This document shows positions 40,796 through 55,960 of a stretch of DNA of 64,000 nt, in pieces; within the stretch, counting starts at the first letter, position 1, and each line of letters opens with the position of its first letter. The translations under genes and the position numbers were made by a program. Under the pieces are notes generated by a model. It was not told the origin of the DNA and made no database searches. It worked only from the letters and a program-made list of their open reading frames with translations. The DNA comes from Eledone cirrhosa. Lineage: Eukaryota. The DNA is taken from contig OZ024742.1 of assembly GCA_964016885.1 (NCBI GenBank), forward strand, positions 160,518,001-160,582,000, written 5' to 3'.

Positions 40796-41216
40796 ATAAT
40801 ATAAGATCAAAAGATGGTTAAAGGAGTTCCATATATTTTATTATGCGCATTTCAAAAACAAACATCATCAAGCAATAATATTTGTGTTTTCATCAGATAA
40901 AACAGGAGAACATGATATGAAGGCTAAAAAAACACTTGTTGATAGTGCAGTTTTAAATCAACATATGTTGATTTAAAACTGCACTATCAACAAGTGTTTT
41001 TTTAGCCTTCATATCATGTTCTCCTGTTTTATCTGATGAAAACACAAATATTATTGCTTGATGATGTTTGTTTTTGAAATGCGCATAATAAAATATATGG
41101 AACTCCTTTAACCATCTTTTGATCTTATATTATGCATACTCCAGTCCCACAAACTGTAGAGTGCTTCTTATCCGATATCTGCATTGCTTTATTGTACTAC
41201 AATAAAACTCACCTCC

Positions 41217-41221
<5 letters not shown>
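40796..41221. repeat. Loopless palindrome of family B with HHRs at 40834-40904 (-) and 41025-41095 (+)
   Basis: Centre atcaacatatgttgat at ~40964; arms essentially identical; the right arm continues into a 3' tail. Confidence 0.92.
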
Positions 41222-41266
<45 letters not shown>

Positions 41267-41352
41267 AAAAAGGTAAACAGAAATAACAACACAATTGGTA
41301 CAGTATATGGAAGGGATATATTAGGTTAACGCTTGATATAACAGGAAGAGGG

Positions 41353-41388
41353 TCTTAACGTTTCGGACGCTACTCCTTCATCAGAAGA
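41353..41388 (-). ncRNA. Classic Penelope-type minimal hammerhead (family I)
   Basis: tctt-CTGATGA-a gga gtagcg tcc-GAAA-cg-TT-aaga. Confidence 0.82.
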
Positions 41389-41840
41389 AAGAATGAGAAA
41401 TAAGATAGATTGAGGGGTCGGGCGGGATGGAATTGGAAAAAATGTCTTTAGATAAAAATAACAGGTCCAATTCATATTGACATCCCTTGCAAAACTGTTG
41501 GTGCTCGCGTTTTGTGTATGATTTATTTTTTAGAAAAGTGGATGATGGAGCGCGTCTACCTGAAATGGAAAAAAAACGTTTTGTAAAAACAGCTATACTT
41601 GAGCACGTGCATAAGCATGTGTTTGTGTGTGTGTGTTATTATATGTCCGTACGAAGCTAAGAAGAAATGTGTGTGTATATGTGAGTAAAAGAGTGTACGA
41701 AGCTATGAGCAAAAGTATGTTAATATAAGGGTGTGTATGTGTGTATACAGAGCAGTGAAGGGAAAAGTGGAGTGAGCATATATAGTCGGCATGTATTAGT
41801 TGTAAGAGAAGCTACTAATGATCAACAGAAAGTGATAGGA

Positions 41841-41896
<56 letters not shown>

Positions 41897-42185
41897 TTTG
41901 CCTCATTTCTTCCCGTTTTGGGGCACTTTTTTTCATGGTACTCCCCATTTGGGTTTTTAGAGATTGGCAGATCTGAAACTGATTCAGCTAACTTACAAAC
42001 AGTAATGGTGATAATAGCTAACATAGCCACAAGACATGTTTTGTAGGAAATATATATTCGATTTCATCGATCTCAGAGTTTAGTGTGCAGTGTAAAAGAT
42101 TATGTATAATTTAATATATAATGTGCGCAAATATTTTACGACCTTAATTATCTTAAACTCACCAAACATATTAATTATATTATTA

Positions 42186-42670
42186 ACTAGCAGTGGTACC
42201 CTGTGTTGCACGGGATAAGGTATTTTGGAACACGGGCCGCCAACAGACCTAATCGTGGAAAAACTGCATGCCAGGTTAATATATAAAGAAAATAAATCGA
42301 ATACTCTGATGGCTGGATAATCTTTAAGATTTTCCTCGATGAAACAGGAAAAATGCAGGTTTTCACCTAATGCGGACACTAGGGGGTCAAGAAAATGAAT
42401 TTTGTTTATGTGCATAATATACCTTGAAATTTCGGGAAAATCGGCTAGACGTAACGCCTCCAAAAAGCCCTAAAAAGCTGAAAATATGAAGTTTTTCTAA
42501 TGCGGGCCCTAGGCCATAAAAAAAGTTGGAGTTTCTTTGCTCACGGTATGAAGAAGAGACTGACTAATACATAGTTACAATTTCAAGAAATCAGTCTGAA
42601 GTAACGCCTCCAAAAAACCCCTAAAAAGCTGAAAAAACGCAGTTTTTCACTTAGGGGATCAAAAAGTTGA
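42186..42670 (+). mobile_element. Possible Helitron/Helentron-type non-autonomous element
   Basis: Starts ACTAGC..cctgtgttgcacggg hairpin; internal direct repeats; similar terminus at 36850-36878 (-). Confidence 0.4.
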
Positions 42671-42671
42671 T

Positions 42672-42945
42672 CAAAAGTCTGTAGTCTGTTTTAAGCCAGA
42701 AGGCTCATTTGGCCGGTGCTTATCCCGGTTACATGGCGATTGAGAGTGCCAGACACCCTCCTGGACTGGACGCCAGTCCATCGCAGGGTTAAACCCCCAG
42801 CTATTGCTGGTACTCATTTTCAGCTGAATATACTGGGGCAACGTGAAATGAAGTTTTTTGCTCAAGAACACGACACGCAACCCAGGAATCGAACCCACGA
42901 ATTTATGATCGTAAGTCCAACACCCTTACCACTAGGCCACTTGCT
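42672..42945 (-). mobile_element. tRNA-derived CORE-like SINE
   Basis: Minus head gtggcctagtggtaagg..gggttcgattcc; homologous to 59441-59700. Confidence 0.8.
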
Positions 42946-43029
42946 TATATATATATATACATATATATATATATCATGAATATATGTATATTCATATTAT
43001 ATAAACATATATATATATATATATATATA

Positions 43030-43413
43030 TATAAGTAGGTACACGTACATACATATATGTATACAGACGTACAGTAGTAAGTATATATATATACCTACAT
43101 GCACACACATATATATGTACGTATGGATTCACCGAACATTTATTATAATGCTCGATGTGTCTGTAAACAAACATCCCGTATTAAGCCGTAGTGTCCAGCA
43201 ACCATCATTGCTGGACACTACGGCTTATTACGGGATGTTTGTTTACAGACACACCGAGCATTATAATAAATGTCCGGTGAATCCATACGTACATATATAT
43301 ATGTGTGCATGTATGTATATATATATATATACATACTACTGTACGTCTGTATACTTATATATAAGTAACAGCCGTACTAAAAGTGTGAAATGAAATTTCG
43401 TTTTATTTTTTCC

Positions 43414-43420
<7 letters not shown>
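43030..43420. repeat. Family C palindrome (HHR portion absent)
   Basis: Centre at ~43205. Confidence 0.85.
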
Positions 43421-43469
<49 letters not shown>

Positions 43470-43478
43470 TGCTGTATA

Positions 43479-43522
<44 letters not shown>

Positions 43523-43560
43523 TGTATATATATATATATATATATATATACTGCTGTATA

Positions 43561-43600
<40 letters not shown>

Positions 43601-43620
43601 TGTATATATCTATCTATGTA

Positions 43621-43724
<104 letters not shown>

Positions 43725-43805
43725 CATAGATAGATATATACAGTATATATATATATATATATATATATATCTATATATATATATATATATATACAGTATA
43801 CAGCA

Positions 43806-43838
<33 letters not shown>

Positions 43839-44129
43839 AAAAATCGATCTATTTGCGAAAAGACTTAGATGGAGAACTTTTTTCTATGACAGATATTGCG
43901 ACAACCAAGACTTCGGCACCAAGGAGAGATTCGGATTTATTACCTACAAATCTCCGCCCCTGAACCCCTTGCTCGCACCCTTCGATTAAAGAAGTCCAGA
44001 ATTAGCCGTCGAAACGGCTTGAGCTCAGCTGTCGGGGTCTTACTGGTTCCTATTACCCACTCTACTACCTCAAGTATTGAGTACTTTGGTGCGTTATGGT
44101 CCACCTGGTTCCTTACCACATTTCCTTCG

Positions 44130-44298
<169 letters not shown>

Positions 44299-44332
44299 AA
44301 AGAATAGAGGTGTAACACACGAGTTATGATAT

Positions 44333-44776
44333 ATTGGTAAAAGAAAAATAAAATGCTGACAAATTGTTCCCAGTGAAAAATAGTTTAATTAGGAATAAGG
44401 AAAAATTAGTAATAAGTATCGATTAGTATTCAGTTTTGGTTTTAAGTTTTTACCGGTTGCGCATTTCTAATGCTTTTCAAAAAAATTTTGAGTTAGAGCG
44501 CTCGTGATATTTGCTCTAATCTGATTAGTTTTGGAAATCTACCTGTTTTATGTGGAAAAAGTGGCTCCAGAGGTATTAAGATTTGGTTGGTTGTTGAATG
44601 TCACGTGAATGAGTACTATAAATTTCGCGCCAATTCGTGTTGCAAAAATTCTTGTGGTCAAAACAATTTTGATTGGTCGGTAGAGGTCATGTGAATGTTA
44701 AAAATTGATTTTACGCCAAATGTAGGTTTGTCTCGGCTGATTGAGAAGTCACTGAAAATTAAGTCTTTTAAGACAA

Positions 44777-44814
<38 letters not shown>

Positions 44815-45436
44815 GTAAAGAGGTTCATTGTTGTGATAATGGTCAGTAGGGATGTGTGTGTGAATTGCAGTCATGTTGACAGGTCAACAGTTCAGGTGCC
44901 TATTAAGACAAGTGTGTGTGTGTGTTGACCTGTCAACATGACGGCAATTCACACACACATCCCTACTGACCATTATCACAACAATGAACCTCTTTACTAC
45001 TACACACACACACACACACACACATATTTGTCTGAAAAGACTTATTTTTCAGTGATTTCTCAATCAGCCGAGACAAACCTACATTTGGCGCAAAATCAAT
45101 TTTTAACATTCACATGACCTCTACCGACCAATCAAAATTGTTTTGACCACAAGAATTTTTGCAACACGAATTGGCGCGAAACTTATTTTAATACATCTGG
45201 AGCCACTTTTTTCACATAAAACAGGTAGAATTTCCAAAACTAATCAGATTAGAGCAAACATCACGAGCGCTCTATCTCAAAATTATTTTTGAAAAGCATT
45301 AGAAATGCGCAACCGGTAAAAACTTAAAACCAAAACTGAATACTAACCAATACTTATTACTAATTTTTACTTATTCCTAATTAAACTATTTTTCACTGGG
45401 AACAATTTGTCAGCATTTCTTTTCCTTTTACCAATA
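44333..45436. repeat. ~1.1 kb palindrome (family J) with variant HHRs at 44444-44487 (-) and 45282-45325 (+)
   Basis: 44333-44888 is inverted at 44924-45436; motif tttt-TTGAAAA-gcat tagaa atgc-GCAA-ccgg-TA-aaaa. Confidence 0.85.
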
Positions 45437-45559
45437 TATATATATAATGAAAAATTGAACGGGAACAAAACAGAGAGGCAGTACAACAAATGTTTATTAA
45501 TTTCACGCTCTTGAGAGTGGGGTGGTGGATATATATATATAAACAGCATAGCTGACATA

Positions 45560-46160
45560 GCGCGCAGAATGTGTTCCTAGATTCTCAGAATTTTACAGTC
45601 GAAAGATATACGCACCATTATCCTTCTCTTCTCTAGTTTTACCCGACCCCACCACGAATACCGTTGTCCACTGTGGTCTCCTCACACGAAACAAAGCACC
45701 GCAAAGATCAATCACAAAAAGGATAGATAGCATGACAAGCCTTGACTATTGGGATCAACTAGAAAAGGTCAAACTATATTCTCTCTAATGCCGCTGTGAA
45801 CGCCACATGATCATCATCATGAGGAAAATATTCCATCAGCATTGCGCAAATAATGTTGGCCTCATCTTTAAAGTACTCCCAAGATTCCGGCCCGGTGCTA
45901 TCCGCCCACAACAAAAATCAAACTCGCATCTCATAACAACATTACGGCACAATTATTTCCCCTTAATTGGGTCTCTTTAACATGACACCATCAAATTAAA
46001 AAAAGTCTTTGGACAAATTCGTCCAAGAAATCCCGGATAAACCTCCTACACCCGGATAAGTCTCCGTAAATAATAACTCTCTACTTGAGTTGGCCATGGT
46101 ATCCAAATCCTGATTTGAAAGACTTCGCCAGGTGGTGCTATTAAGTTAGACATAGCCTGG
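45560..46160 (+). pseudogene. CR1/L2-group LINE 3' relic
   Basis: Translates to RPHHEYRCPLWSPH, LDYWDQLEKVKLYSL..RCERHMII and KKSLDKFVQEIPDKP. Confidence 0.7.
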
Positions 46161-46669
46161 GGTAATACTTCCCGAAATATATCAATGTGACCAAAGTTAA
46201 ACTTATATAGATAGGAGCTAGAATAAAAGGACGGTGATGGTCATCTAAAAATCATATCGTAATGAGGCTGTTTGCTTCCAAACGAATAGAATATTATTAT
46301 TATTCGATATAAAACCTACGAATGCATTTACGTATCCACTATGTTAGAACGAAAAATTAAATTCTAATTTTGTATTTAATTTTCGGCAAAGCCAACCGTA
46401 AAATCTCTTGGTATGTAAATTAGGTTAATCAGCCGATGTATACTTCAGAGAATACTATATATTCTCAAGAGTTCGATACACGATCTTGACAAAGGGCAAT
46501 AACCGAGAAACAATATTATTGTCGATTGTTTCTCTGTCACCGCTAGAACAAAAGGATAGCGAATCCCATCTAAAAACATAGTATAATGATGCTGTTTGCT
46601 TGCAAACGAATCGAATATCATTATTATTCGATATAATCTTAGTCTCAAGGGATAAACGATTAAATCGGT

Positions 46670-47040
46670 CCCAATGCTTCATTATATTTTATTTCATTGA
46701 TCTCGAACTTTATCGATCTCGGTCCCAATGCTTCATGGTACTTTATTTTATCGATCTTGAAAGGAGGAAAGGCGAAGTTGATGTGGATTCTATTTTAACA
46801 CAGAACGTAATGAGCCAGAAGAAATAGCACAAAACACTTCGTCTAACGCCCTAACAACTCTGACAATCCAACACTCTTAATAATTTAGGATCAAGGCCAA
46901 CAATTTGAGGAAATGGGAACGTTGATTAAATCGACCCCAATGAATGGTTGTTACTTTATTGTATCGACCCCGTAAGGATGAAAAAGCAAAGCTAACCATG
47001 GCGGTATTTGAACTCAGAAGGTAAAGGGTCGTAACTCTAT
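46670..47040 (-). mobile_element. Diverged tandem tRNA-derived SINE fragments
   Basis: Central-domain matches. Confidence 0.6.
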
Positions 47041-47798
47041 GGTTTCATTTATTGGCCACAAATAATGATAATAATAATTGTATTTTTTTCTATTGACGGT
47101 TTTTTGGAAATTCTTGTTGGCTAATGCATCTTCTAGATGGCAGTTGCCGTCATCATTTGATTAGTCTACATTACAGACCGGATAATTTAACTATATATGT
47201 CCGTAATATAAAATCTGTTCACTACATGACAAGAACAATAAAGCTTCCCTCAGTCTCAATGTAAAAACTAATTGATGGATACAGCGGGTAAAAGCTAGCT
47301 GTATAATTAATTGCTTAGAGTCTAGTCACAGCAGACCGTCATATCTAAACAAAGAAAAAAAAAATCGTCAGCCAACGTGGTCTGAGTGAGATTGGTAACA
47401 TAAGAACAAGAATCTTCCTCTTCTTAGTCAGGCCATATTTACTTCACTGATGATTTCTGTCTATCTATCTCTGCGTCTCTCTTTCCACCTCTCTGTTTTC
47501 CACTCTCTCGCTTTCCTTTGCTCTTTCGGTTGGCCTGCCATTCTACTTGGTCGACGAATGAACAGAGTTTGCCGTCGATGAGCCGAAAGGAAACATTTTT
47601 GAGATTTTATAAATGTCGTCGTACATCTAAGATGGTGTATTCAACGGAAATGGTTGTCATTTCCTTTTAAATAGAACAGAAGATAGAAAAGAAAAGAAAA
47701 AAGTAAAGTAAAAACCCAAGAAAGAGAGAAAGATAGGGAGGGGGAGAAAAACGAGTTAGTGAAAGAGACAGAGAAGGGAGAGAAAAAGTGAGATAGTG

Positions 47799-47841
<43 letters not shown>

Positions 47842-48057
47842 GGAAAAAATTAAATGAAATTTCATTTTCCACTCTTAGTACGGCTGTTACTTAAATATAA
47901 GTATGTACACGTACATACATATATGTATACAGACGTACAGTAGTATGTATATATATATACATACATGCACACATATATATATGTACGTATGATTCACCAA
48001 ACATTTATTATATATATATACATATATATATATATACATACATATATATAAATATAC

Positions 48058-48103
<46 letters not shown>

Positions 48104-48119
48104 ATATATAAAGTGAGAA

Positions 48120-48151
<32 letters not shown>

Positions 48152-48153
48152 TA

Positions 48154-48184
<31 letters not shown>

Positions 48185-48531
48185 TAGAGAGAAGGGGATA
48201 GATAGATAGATAGATAGATAGATAAAGATGGGAAGAGAGAAAGATACTTATAGAGTGAAATAAGTGGGAAAGTGAGACGATGTAGAAATTAGAAAAAAAC
48301 ACTAAAAATGAACGTAAACATTAGCAAAAACAAAAAACAACAAATATATGACATTTTGTAGATTGTTATAGAGCCAGGAATTGAATGAGAATGTGAGAAA
48401 CGCAATCATATTACTGCTACGTATAGTCACCTTGCTTTTCATATATGAATATATAAATGTGTGTGTATGTATATACATATGTATATGCGTACGTATATGT
48501 GATTATGTGATTATATATATGTATGTGTGTC

Positions 48532-48590
<59 letters not shown>

Positions 48591-48608
48591 TTATACTTAT
48601 ACTGTGTG

Positions 48609-48645
<37 letters not shown>

Positions 48646-48680
48646 TCATATAGATATGTAATATACATTGTATGTATATA

Positions 48681-48746
<66 letters not shown>

Positions 48747-48781
48747 TATATACATACAATGTATATTACATATCTATATGA

Positions 48782-48820
<39 letters not shown>

Positions 48821-48822
48821 CA

Positions 48823-48871
<49 letters not shown>

Positions 48872-48917
48872 TTATATATATATATATACATACAATGTAT
48901 ATTACATATCTATATGA

Positions 48918-49029
<112 letters not shown>

Positions 49030-49030
49030 T

Positions 49031-49104
<74 letters not shown>

Positions 49105-49574
49105 TTTTTATTTCATTCTCTCGCCCCATGCTTCGCTACATCACTGTGCATGCAACCAGAAACATGTTTGTGCTTTTCATCATACATAATGCACAGATGT
49201 GGGATTTTATATAAGTGGATAAAGCTGCTTGTTAATTAATATTTTGTTTGCATTGTTACTGTGATATTCTTATTGTTGTTAGTATTGTATAAGCTGTCGT
49301 TGTTGTTGGTTATTGGTATGTGTAAGAGTTCTCTCCAGGCCAGAAGCAAAATTCATAAGTTTATGTGCTAGCTTCTTCAGTAGGTGTAACTAATAGTGTA
49401 TTTAATAGCGCGTGTTTACACACACAAACAACAGAAACACACACACACATACATAATTCATACACACATACATAGATACATACATACATGTATACATATG
49501 TATATATATATATTTATATATATTTATATAATATATATATATATATATTAGTAATAATAATAAATTTGAAGACT

Positions 49575-49691
<117 letters not shown>

Positions 49692-49848
49692 TATAAAGAA
49701 CCGTATCAATGTATTAATGTTTAATACGAAATATCTATATACGAATAATGGAGCATGAACAATGTTTTCACTATTCTTATTTCTTCCTTATATTCTCTTC
49801 GTTTTCCTTGATTTACAGAAATAATGTGTTCACTTTTCATCTACTCAT

Positions 49849-49907
<59 letters not shown>

Positions 49908-49910
<3 letters not shown>

Positions 49911-50866
49911 TAGACATGAAAAATGCGCAAGCTCAAAAGTGCCACAGAATGTTATAATAAACCTTCAAAAGTGTGGGACTAGAGTTGTTGCTAAAAAATA
50001 TTGTAATCATTATATATCGTACATTCTGTGGCATCCTTTATAAAAATAGCTTAAACCAACGAAGCCTTTATTTTTACGCTATTTCACTTAGTTAATTCTT
50101 AGAGTGTAACATATAAAAATATGATTTACAACTATAAAATAAATTAATTAATATAATAACAGAGCTGCGGAGCTGAAATTTAGGAAATAATGGAGTATCG
50201 GATCCTGAGTTGGAGCCAGTCAATTTTTGGCCCACTCCGCAGCCCTGTATAATACATTTCATATTAAAGTTATTAATAAACCTATTTTACACTTCATGCA
50301 AATTACCACGAGATATTGATATTAGATATAAGATACAGCGCAATATCTACAGCTGTAAAAGTACGAAAGCGAAGTAATAATAAGTGGCTTAAGGTAATTC
50401 CAATATGAAAGTTTGTAGTGATAAAAATTTGATAATGCAATACGATTGTTAATATTATAGTTCTATGAAAATGTAACAATAGATAACTAAATTATTTTAC
50501 TATTAGTATATTTAAGAAATTATCATTATAGATTTGATCGTTCATATAAGCATCATATTAAGTTTCAACACAATTATTTTGTTACTATGAGTATATGATA
50601 ATAATATTACGTAATTATTTATAGCTGTTATTACATTAAACATAGATGTATTTATTTTTATATGTTACACTCTAAGAATTAACTAAGTGAAATAGCGTAA
50701 AAATAAAGGCTTCGTTGGTTTAAGCTATTTTTATAAAGGATGCCACAGAATGTACGATATATAATGATTACAATATTTTTTAGCAACAACTCTAGTCCCA
50801 CACTTTTGAAGGTTTATTATAACATTCTGTGGCACTTTTGAGCTTGCGCATTTTTCATGTCTAGTT
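49908..50866. repeat. ~213 bp perfect inverted repeat around a ~530 bp spacer
   Basis: 49908-50121 is the reverse complement of 50654-50866. Confidence 0.9.
50160..50247. mobile_element. Tiny hAT-type MITE
   Basis: TIRs cagagctgcggag / ctccgcagccctg; 8-bp TSD tataataa/tataatac. Confidence 0.7.
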
Positions 50867-51419
50867 TAATATTTTTTTAAGGCAACGCTTGTAATAACTC
50901 TAGTTAAACAGGATATATATTAATAATAAATTATCGTTGTAATGTAATTAGATTATGTAATTGTTATTATAAATTATCTTATAAATATTAGTGTAAGATG
51001 TATAAAAATATTTTCAGACTTTTAATATAAACAACTACAAAAAACAATCAATATTAAATCAATATATTATACATAATAGAAAACATAAAATATACAATAC
51101 AAAAACAAAATATTTACATACAATTGCAATTATCAGTGTATATACATTTTCTTTATATTCCCTGAGCAAATTAATAAGATTTGTTTTTATTGTACATAAT
51201 TTGATGACTTGTTGGAGTGTATTAAAAGATAGCAACAATTTGTGATTAAATTGTTATCTTAAGCAACTCACTTTTTAATAGTTGTTGGCTGAGCGAAATT
51301 GTAAAAGCCTATGAGCAAATATAAAAAAAAATACACAAACAACATTTCCTTGTGTTATTACAACATTAGATAAAATAATTGAGCAATGTCGTTATATTTT
51401 GCTCTTATTGCACATTAAT

Positions 51420-51590
51420 AGTGTTTCTATTTTTCGGCACAAATCCATTACGGCAGTCCATTACTGGTACTTTATTTTATCGAATTAGTAAGTATGAAAG
51501 TCGAAGTTAACCTCGGCAGGATTTGAACTTAGAATGCAAAGGACCATAACAATACTGCAAAGCATGGTGTCTGACGCTCTACCAATACTT
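51420..51590 (-). mobile_element. tRNA-derived SINE
   Basis: Family match. Confidence 0.7.
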
Positions 51591-51982
51591 GTGTTGAGCT
51601 GGTCATTAATTTATGGTGGTCGTGCGTGGAGTAGAGCAATCGCTAGTTGAAATATTCTGAACAAAACATTTTTATTTGCCGAAGAACATATTTTCAATAC
51701 TGTTTGTGAATGTGACGAAGGAAATACATTCTGATATGGAACAGTGTACAAAGTGTGTCTGTGAATAACATAATGTTACCTCATGTTGTTGTCAAGACAT
51801 AATGGATTTCGTATATCCAGTTAGAAGATGAAACCTAGCCATCTCGGATTAGTTATATTTCATGCCATGTGTAAACGTGTTTGAGGATAGCAAAATATGC
51901 GCGTTAATTATAATAATTAGTTAATAATATTACAAAATATACCTAATTAAACTCTTTGCTTGAAATTTTATCATTCTTCGTT

Positions 51983-52013
<31 letters not shown>

Positions 52014-53839
52014 GGGGAGAGAGATTTATCTAGTCCTTCGCTCAAGATTAATCTATAAGTTTAGATGTTTGCCTTCGTTTAAGTAAATATTACAGTAAGA
52101 TTTTTAATATAAACAACTACAAAAAACAATTAATATTAAAACGAAAAAATTATCAATGATAAAAGAAGCGGATGCAACTTTTTTTTTATAAAGTTATATT
52201 CCTGTTTCTTTAAAGAACATTTCATTTTTGTTCTATTGTAGGCGAAATAATGCAATGGTTTAATAGGGAAGATATAACTTACGAATTATGTCTCTAACCG
52301 TGTAACGCTTTTTAAGTAGATAACTACAATTGAAAATACTAAAGAAATGGAACCAACAATTCAATTTGAAAGTCGTCTAGTGACAGTGTATTACTGGTAC
52401 TTTATTTTATCGACCCCGTAACGATGAAAGGCAAAAATGCAAATGCTTAAAATTTAAATTGCCTTAATTCTATCGTCTGCTGTTTCATTAAAGGGAGATT
52501 ATCGTCTGTATTTAATTCTATCGTCTACTGTTCCACTAAACAGATATACCTCCACTATCGTCTCTATTTATACATTTTAACTTATAACTTATACACATTT
52601 GATTTGAAATATTTTATCTAGTCCCCCCTCTCAATATTATGATGATTTCTTTCGAATGAAACAGTTCTACTCCTGTAGAAGCCATTTATATATATAATTG
52701 AACTGAGTTAAAAATTCACAATATTTATAATTAAATAAGCTCATATATATATGTGTGTATTTATCTGTTTATTGTATTATATATAATGTGTGTATATACA
52801 GGATGTCTCCCAAAAATATATACACACTTCAACAGCATTCTAATAACTATTGCCTGTACAGGTAATCAAAGTGTCAATCGAATGTTAGTTTCGTGTTTTA
52901 ACAGTACAAATTTACAATACACACATAAAACCAGTGTATATACATACATGAGTGTGTATACACATACATGAATGTGTATATACAATATATATGTATATAT
53001 ATATAGACACATATATTCACGGTGCAACGGTACATTAAAATATAGATGCGGGAGAGGGGAGGTGTATACAGGGGCGCTGGGGATAAAGGAGTGTAAAGCG
53101 TGTGTAATTGATATATTGAAGGAGAGGAGCGTGCAGCGATAGAGTAACAAATATATAGAGAGGGGGAGAGATGCTATTGAAGGGGAGGAGTGCAAAGCGA
53201 AAGAGTAAGAGATATATATAGAGACGGAACAGATAGAGAGAAACAGGCGTAAGTAACAGTGGAAGAGATATAGAGAGAGGTACTCTGATTGGTTGAAAAT
53301 TAGCCAATGACATACGATCACCACCACCACGGCTATCCCCGAAAAATTTTTAAAGAAGCTAGGCATATATGTTAGAACACGAAAAGTGAACATTCTGTTG
53401 TTTCACACTTTTCGTGTTCTAACAGATAAAAGGAGTGTAACGTGCAGCAGATATTGTAGGTTCACCCGAATGAGCACTCGGTGCGTAGTTTCCTGTCTGT
53501 AAAGAGGTGTAGAACTAAGGAGTATGTCAATATAATAATAAAAGGACAATTTGCTATGTCTTCATTACGTTTATTGAGCAGTGATGTGCGTTTCGTTATT
53601 GATCAGTTCAAGTTTCGATCTGCATCGATCTGGCTCGACTCTGGAATCAAATGCTCGTCGGACCTCTGCGGTGGTCATTTCCAAAACATCAACACATGAA
53701 AACCTCACACACATAACAACCAGGCCAAGACAATAATGACGGGCTTAAAATCGATGACAGAACACAACCCTACAGCCCTTGGACAGCTAGGATCTCAATT
53801 AAAGACCACAAACTGGATGTTCAGAGTAAACTACCGGTT

Positions 53840-54010
53840 ATACTTGGGTAGACTTAGTAAATCAATAATTGACAGAGTAATACTTGAACTTAGAAATAGA
53901 ACAAAACTCAGCCTGTGGTCTTGTACTAGAGAGGTTATCGACTGGTTCTTCAGTATTGACACCAAGTCAGAAGTTCGATTCGTCCAACTCGACATTTCGA
54001 AGTAGAAGTA
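53840..54010 (+). pseudogene. Penelope-like RT N-terminal fragment
   Basis: LGRLSKSIIDRVILELRNRTKLSLWSCTREVIDWF..RFVQLDISK aligns with the ORF at 62347 (ILDRVLLELNRKAKVCLWGNTDQVINWF..KFIQFDIDS). Confidence 0.75.
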
Positions 54011-54029
54011 CTAGATAGTTTATATTACC

Positions 54030-54560
54030 CGGGAGACCAAATTAGCCGTGGATGTGGTTTTCCGAAAGTACAGTAGCTAGAGTGAGAATGGGTTGGAGAA
54101 AGTTCAGTGAGTTACCACCGCTGCTAACTACAAAATGTTTTCCCTCAAAAAGAAAGGCAGATTTTATGATGCATGTATACGAACTGCAATATTGCATGGT
54201 ATGAGACCTGGGCGTTGTGTGCAGAGGACCTGCGAAGATAGGGGAAAAAAGGAAACCTGCATGTCTCGATGGATGTGTAATAGTAATATTCATTAACAGC
54301 AAAGCGTAAATAAAATGATAGAGAAACTGGGCATAAGAGGGATCAAATGCAGTATGCAAGAGAGAAGATTGTGGTGGTGTGGTCATGTGACGTATTTGAA
54401 GGATGACAGCTGTATAAAAATGTGCAGGGGGATCAAAGTTGATGGAGTAGGAAGACCAAAGAAGACCTGAGAGGACGTGATAAAAGCTGACCTTGCACAT
54501 TTGCACCTCTCAATGGCGATGAAACAGGATCGAGATCTTTGGCGTTATGCAAAAGATCCG
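54030..54560 (+). pseudogene. RTE-clade LINE 3' relic
   Basis: ARVRMGWRKF, YDACIRTAILHG, EKLGIRGI..MQERRLWWCGHV, GRPKKT. Confidence 0.75.
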
Positions 54561-55586
54561 CCTTCCATTGTGTATGGGTAGAAGCATACATCTAGTATGC
54601 ACCACTTTCCCCTTCCCACCCCTTCCATGCACCTCTCACGCCCTATCACTCCACCAACGCCCTTACATCACCACCACAAAACAAAGCACAGTAAAGAAAA
54701 GTATATTTAAATGCAAACACAATTCTTCTTACATTATATTTGATAAATTCAATTATAATTGCTCAGGCCGCAGTCGGATGACAAAAAAAATATATACCGA
54801 TTACCATAAATAAAATGGTTAATTAGTAAATTAAGACATCCATCCTCTTTAGTATATATATACATATGTGTATGTGTGTGTGTGTCTACTCTGGGAGTTT
54901 ATTTAACATTACCTATTGAGTACACTGTGATGCAACCGGTCCTAACAGTAAAACCTATGTTAGTTCCGTCAACTTATTATTTTCTCCAAACTAGCAGATT
55001 AACATTGAGAGTAAGTTCAACGATTTTTCACATTTTTATTGTTTTGTTTTAATATACACTCTAATACCTGTTAGACATTTTCTTTCTCACTCACCAAGTT
55101 GTTAAATTGACCGGTTTATGCATGTGGTTGGTCGAAATATCTAAAATCCTTACTCTAACCAGCGTGCTAACTCTATATCGTTGTCTAATCGCCGGTTGGC
55201 ATTTAATGTCCGGAAAGATTTTAGGCAATACCATTGTTACTGTCGCACTATTTCTTGCCAAGGGACTTGGAGACTAGAGCTGAATGCTACCATTCTATTG
55301 TACAGCGATTGGAGACTGAATCTTTCTAATAATCAATTTTTCACTAACTTGTTAATTTGTGTGAACGTACTACCGATTATCCCAAATTGACGATTAGCTT
55401 TTGAAGAAATAAACGCCCCAAAGAGTATGACGTATTTTTCAATTATTGGTGGTTTCAATAAGAATTCTTCCCCATATGAAACCATGGTAGGGAGATCTAT
55501 ATATAAGCAAGTTTAGATAGAATATTTCTTTTGTCTATCTTATTTGTACTTATATAAATAGAATTGTTTTCACTTAATTTTAATAT

Positions 55587-55770
55587 AATTGTTTCTATTT
55601 TAGGCACAAGGCCAGCAATTACCCAGTACATTACTGGTACTTTATTTTATCGACCCCGTAAGAATGAAAGGCAAAGTTAACCTCGGCGGGATTTGATCTC
55701 AGATCATAAAGGTACGTAACTCTATGCTTCAAAGCATGGTGTCCAACTCTCTACCGATACTGCCAATCCA
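55587..55770 (-). mobile_element. tRNA-derived SINE
   Basis: Family match. Confidence 0.85.
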
Positions 55771-55775
55771 TTTTA

Positions 55776-55808
<33 letters not shown>

Positions 55809-55812
55809 GGGT

Positions 55813-55960
<148 letters not shown>

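Noticed and set aside
47575-47595. gtcgatgagccgaaaggaaac resembling an HHR
   Set aside because: Core incomplete and no stem I or III
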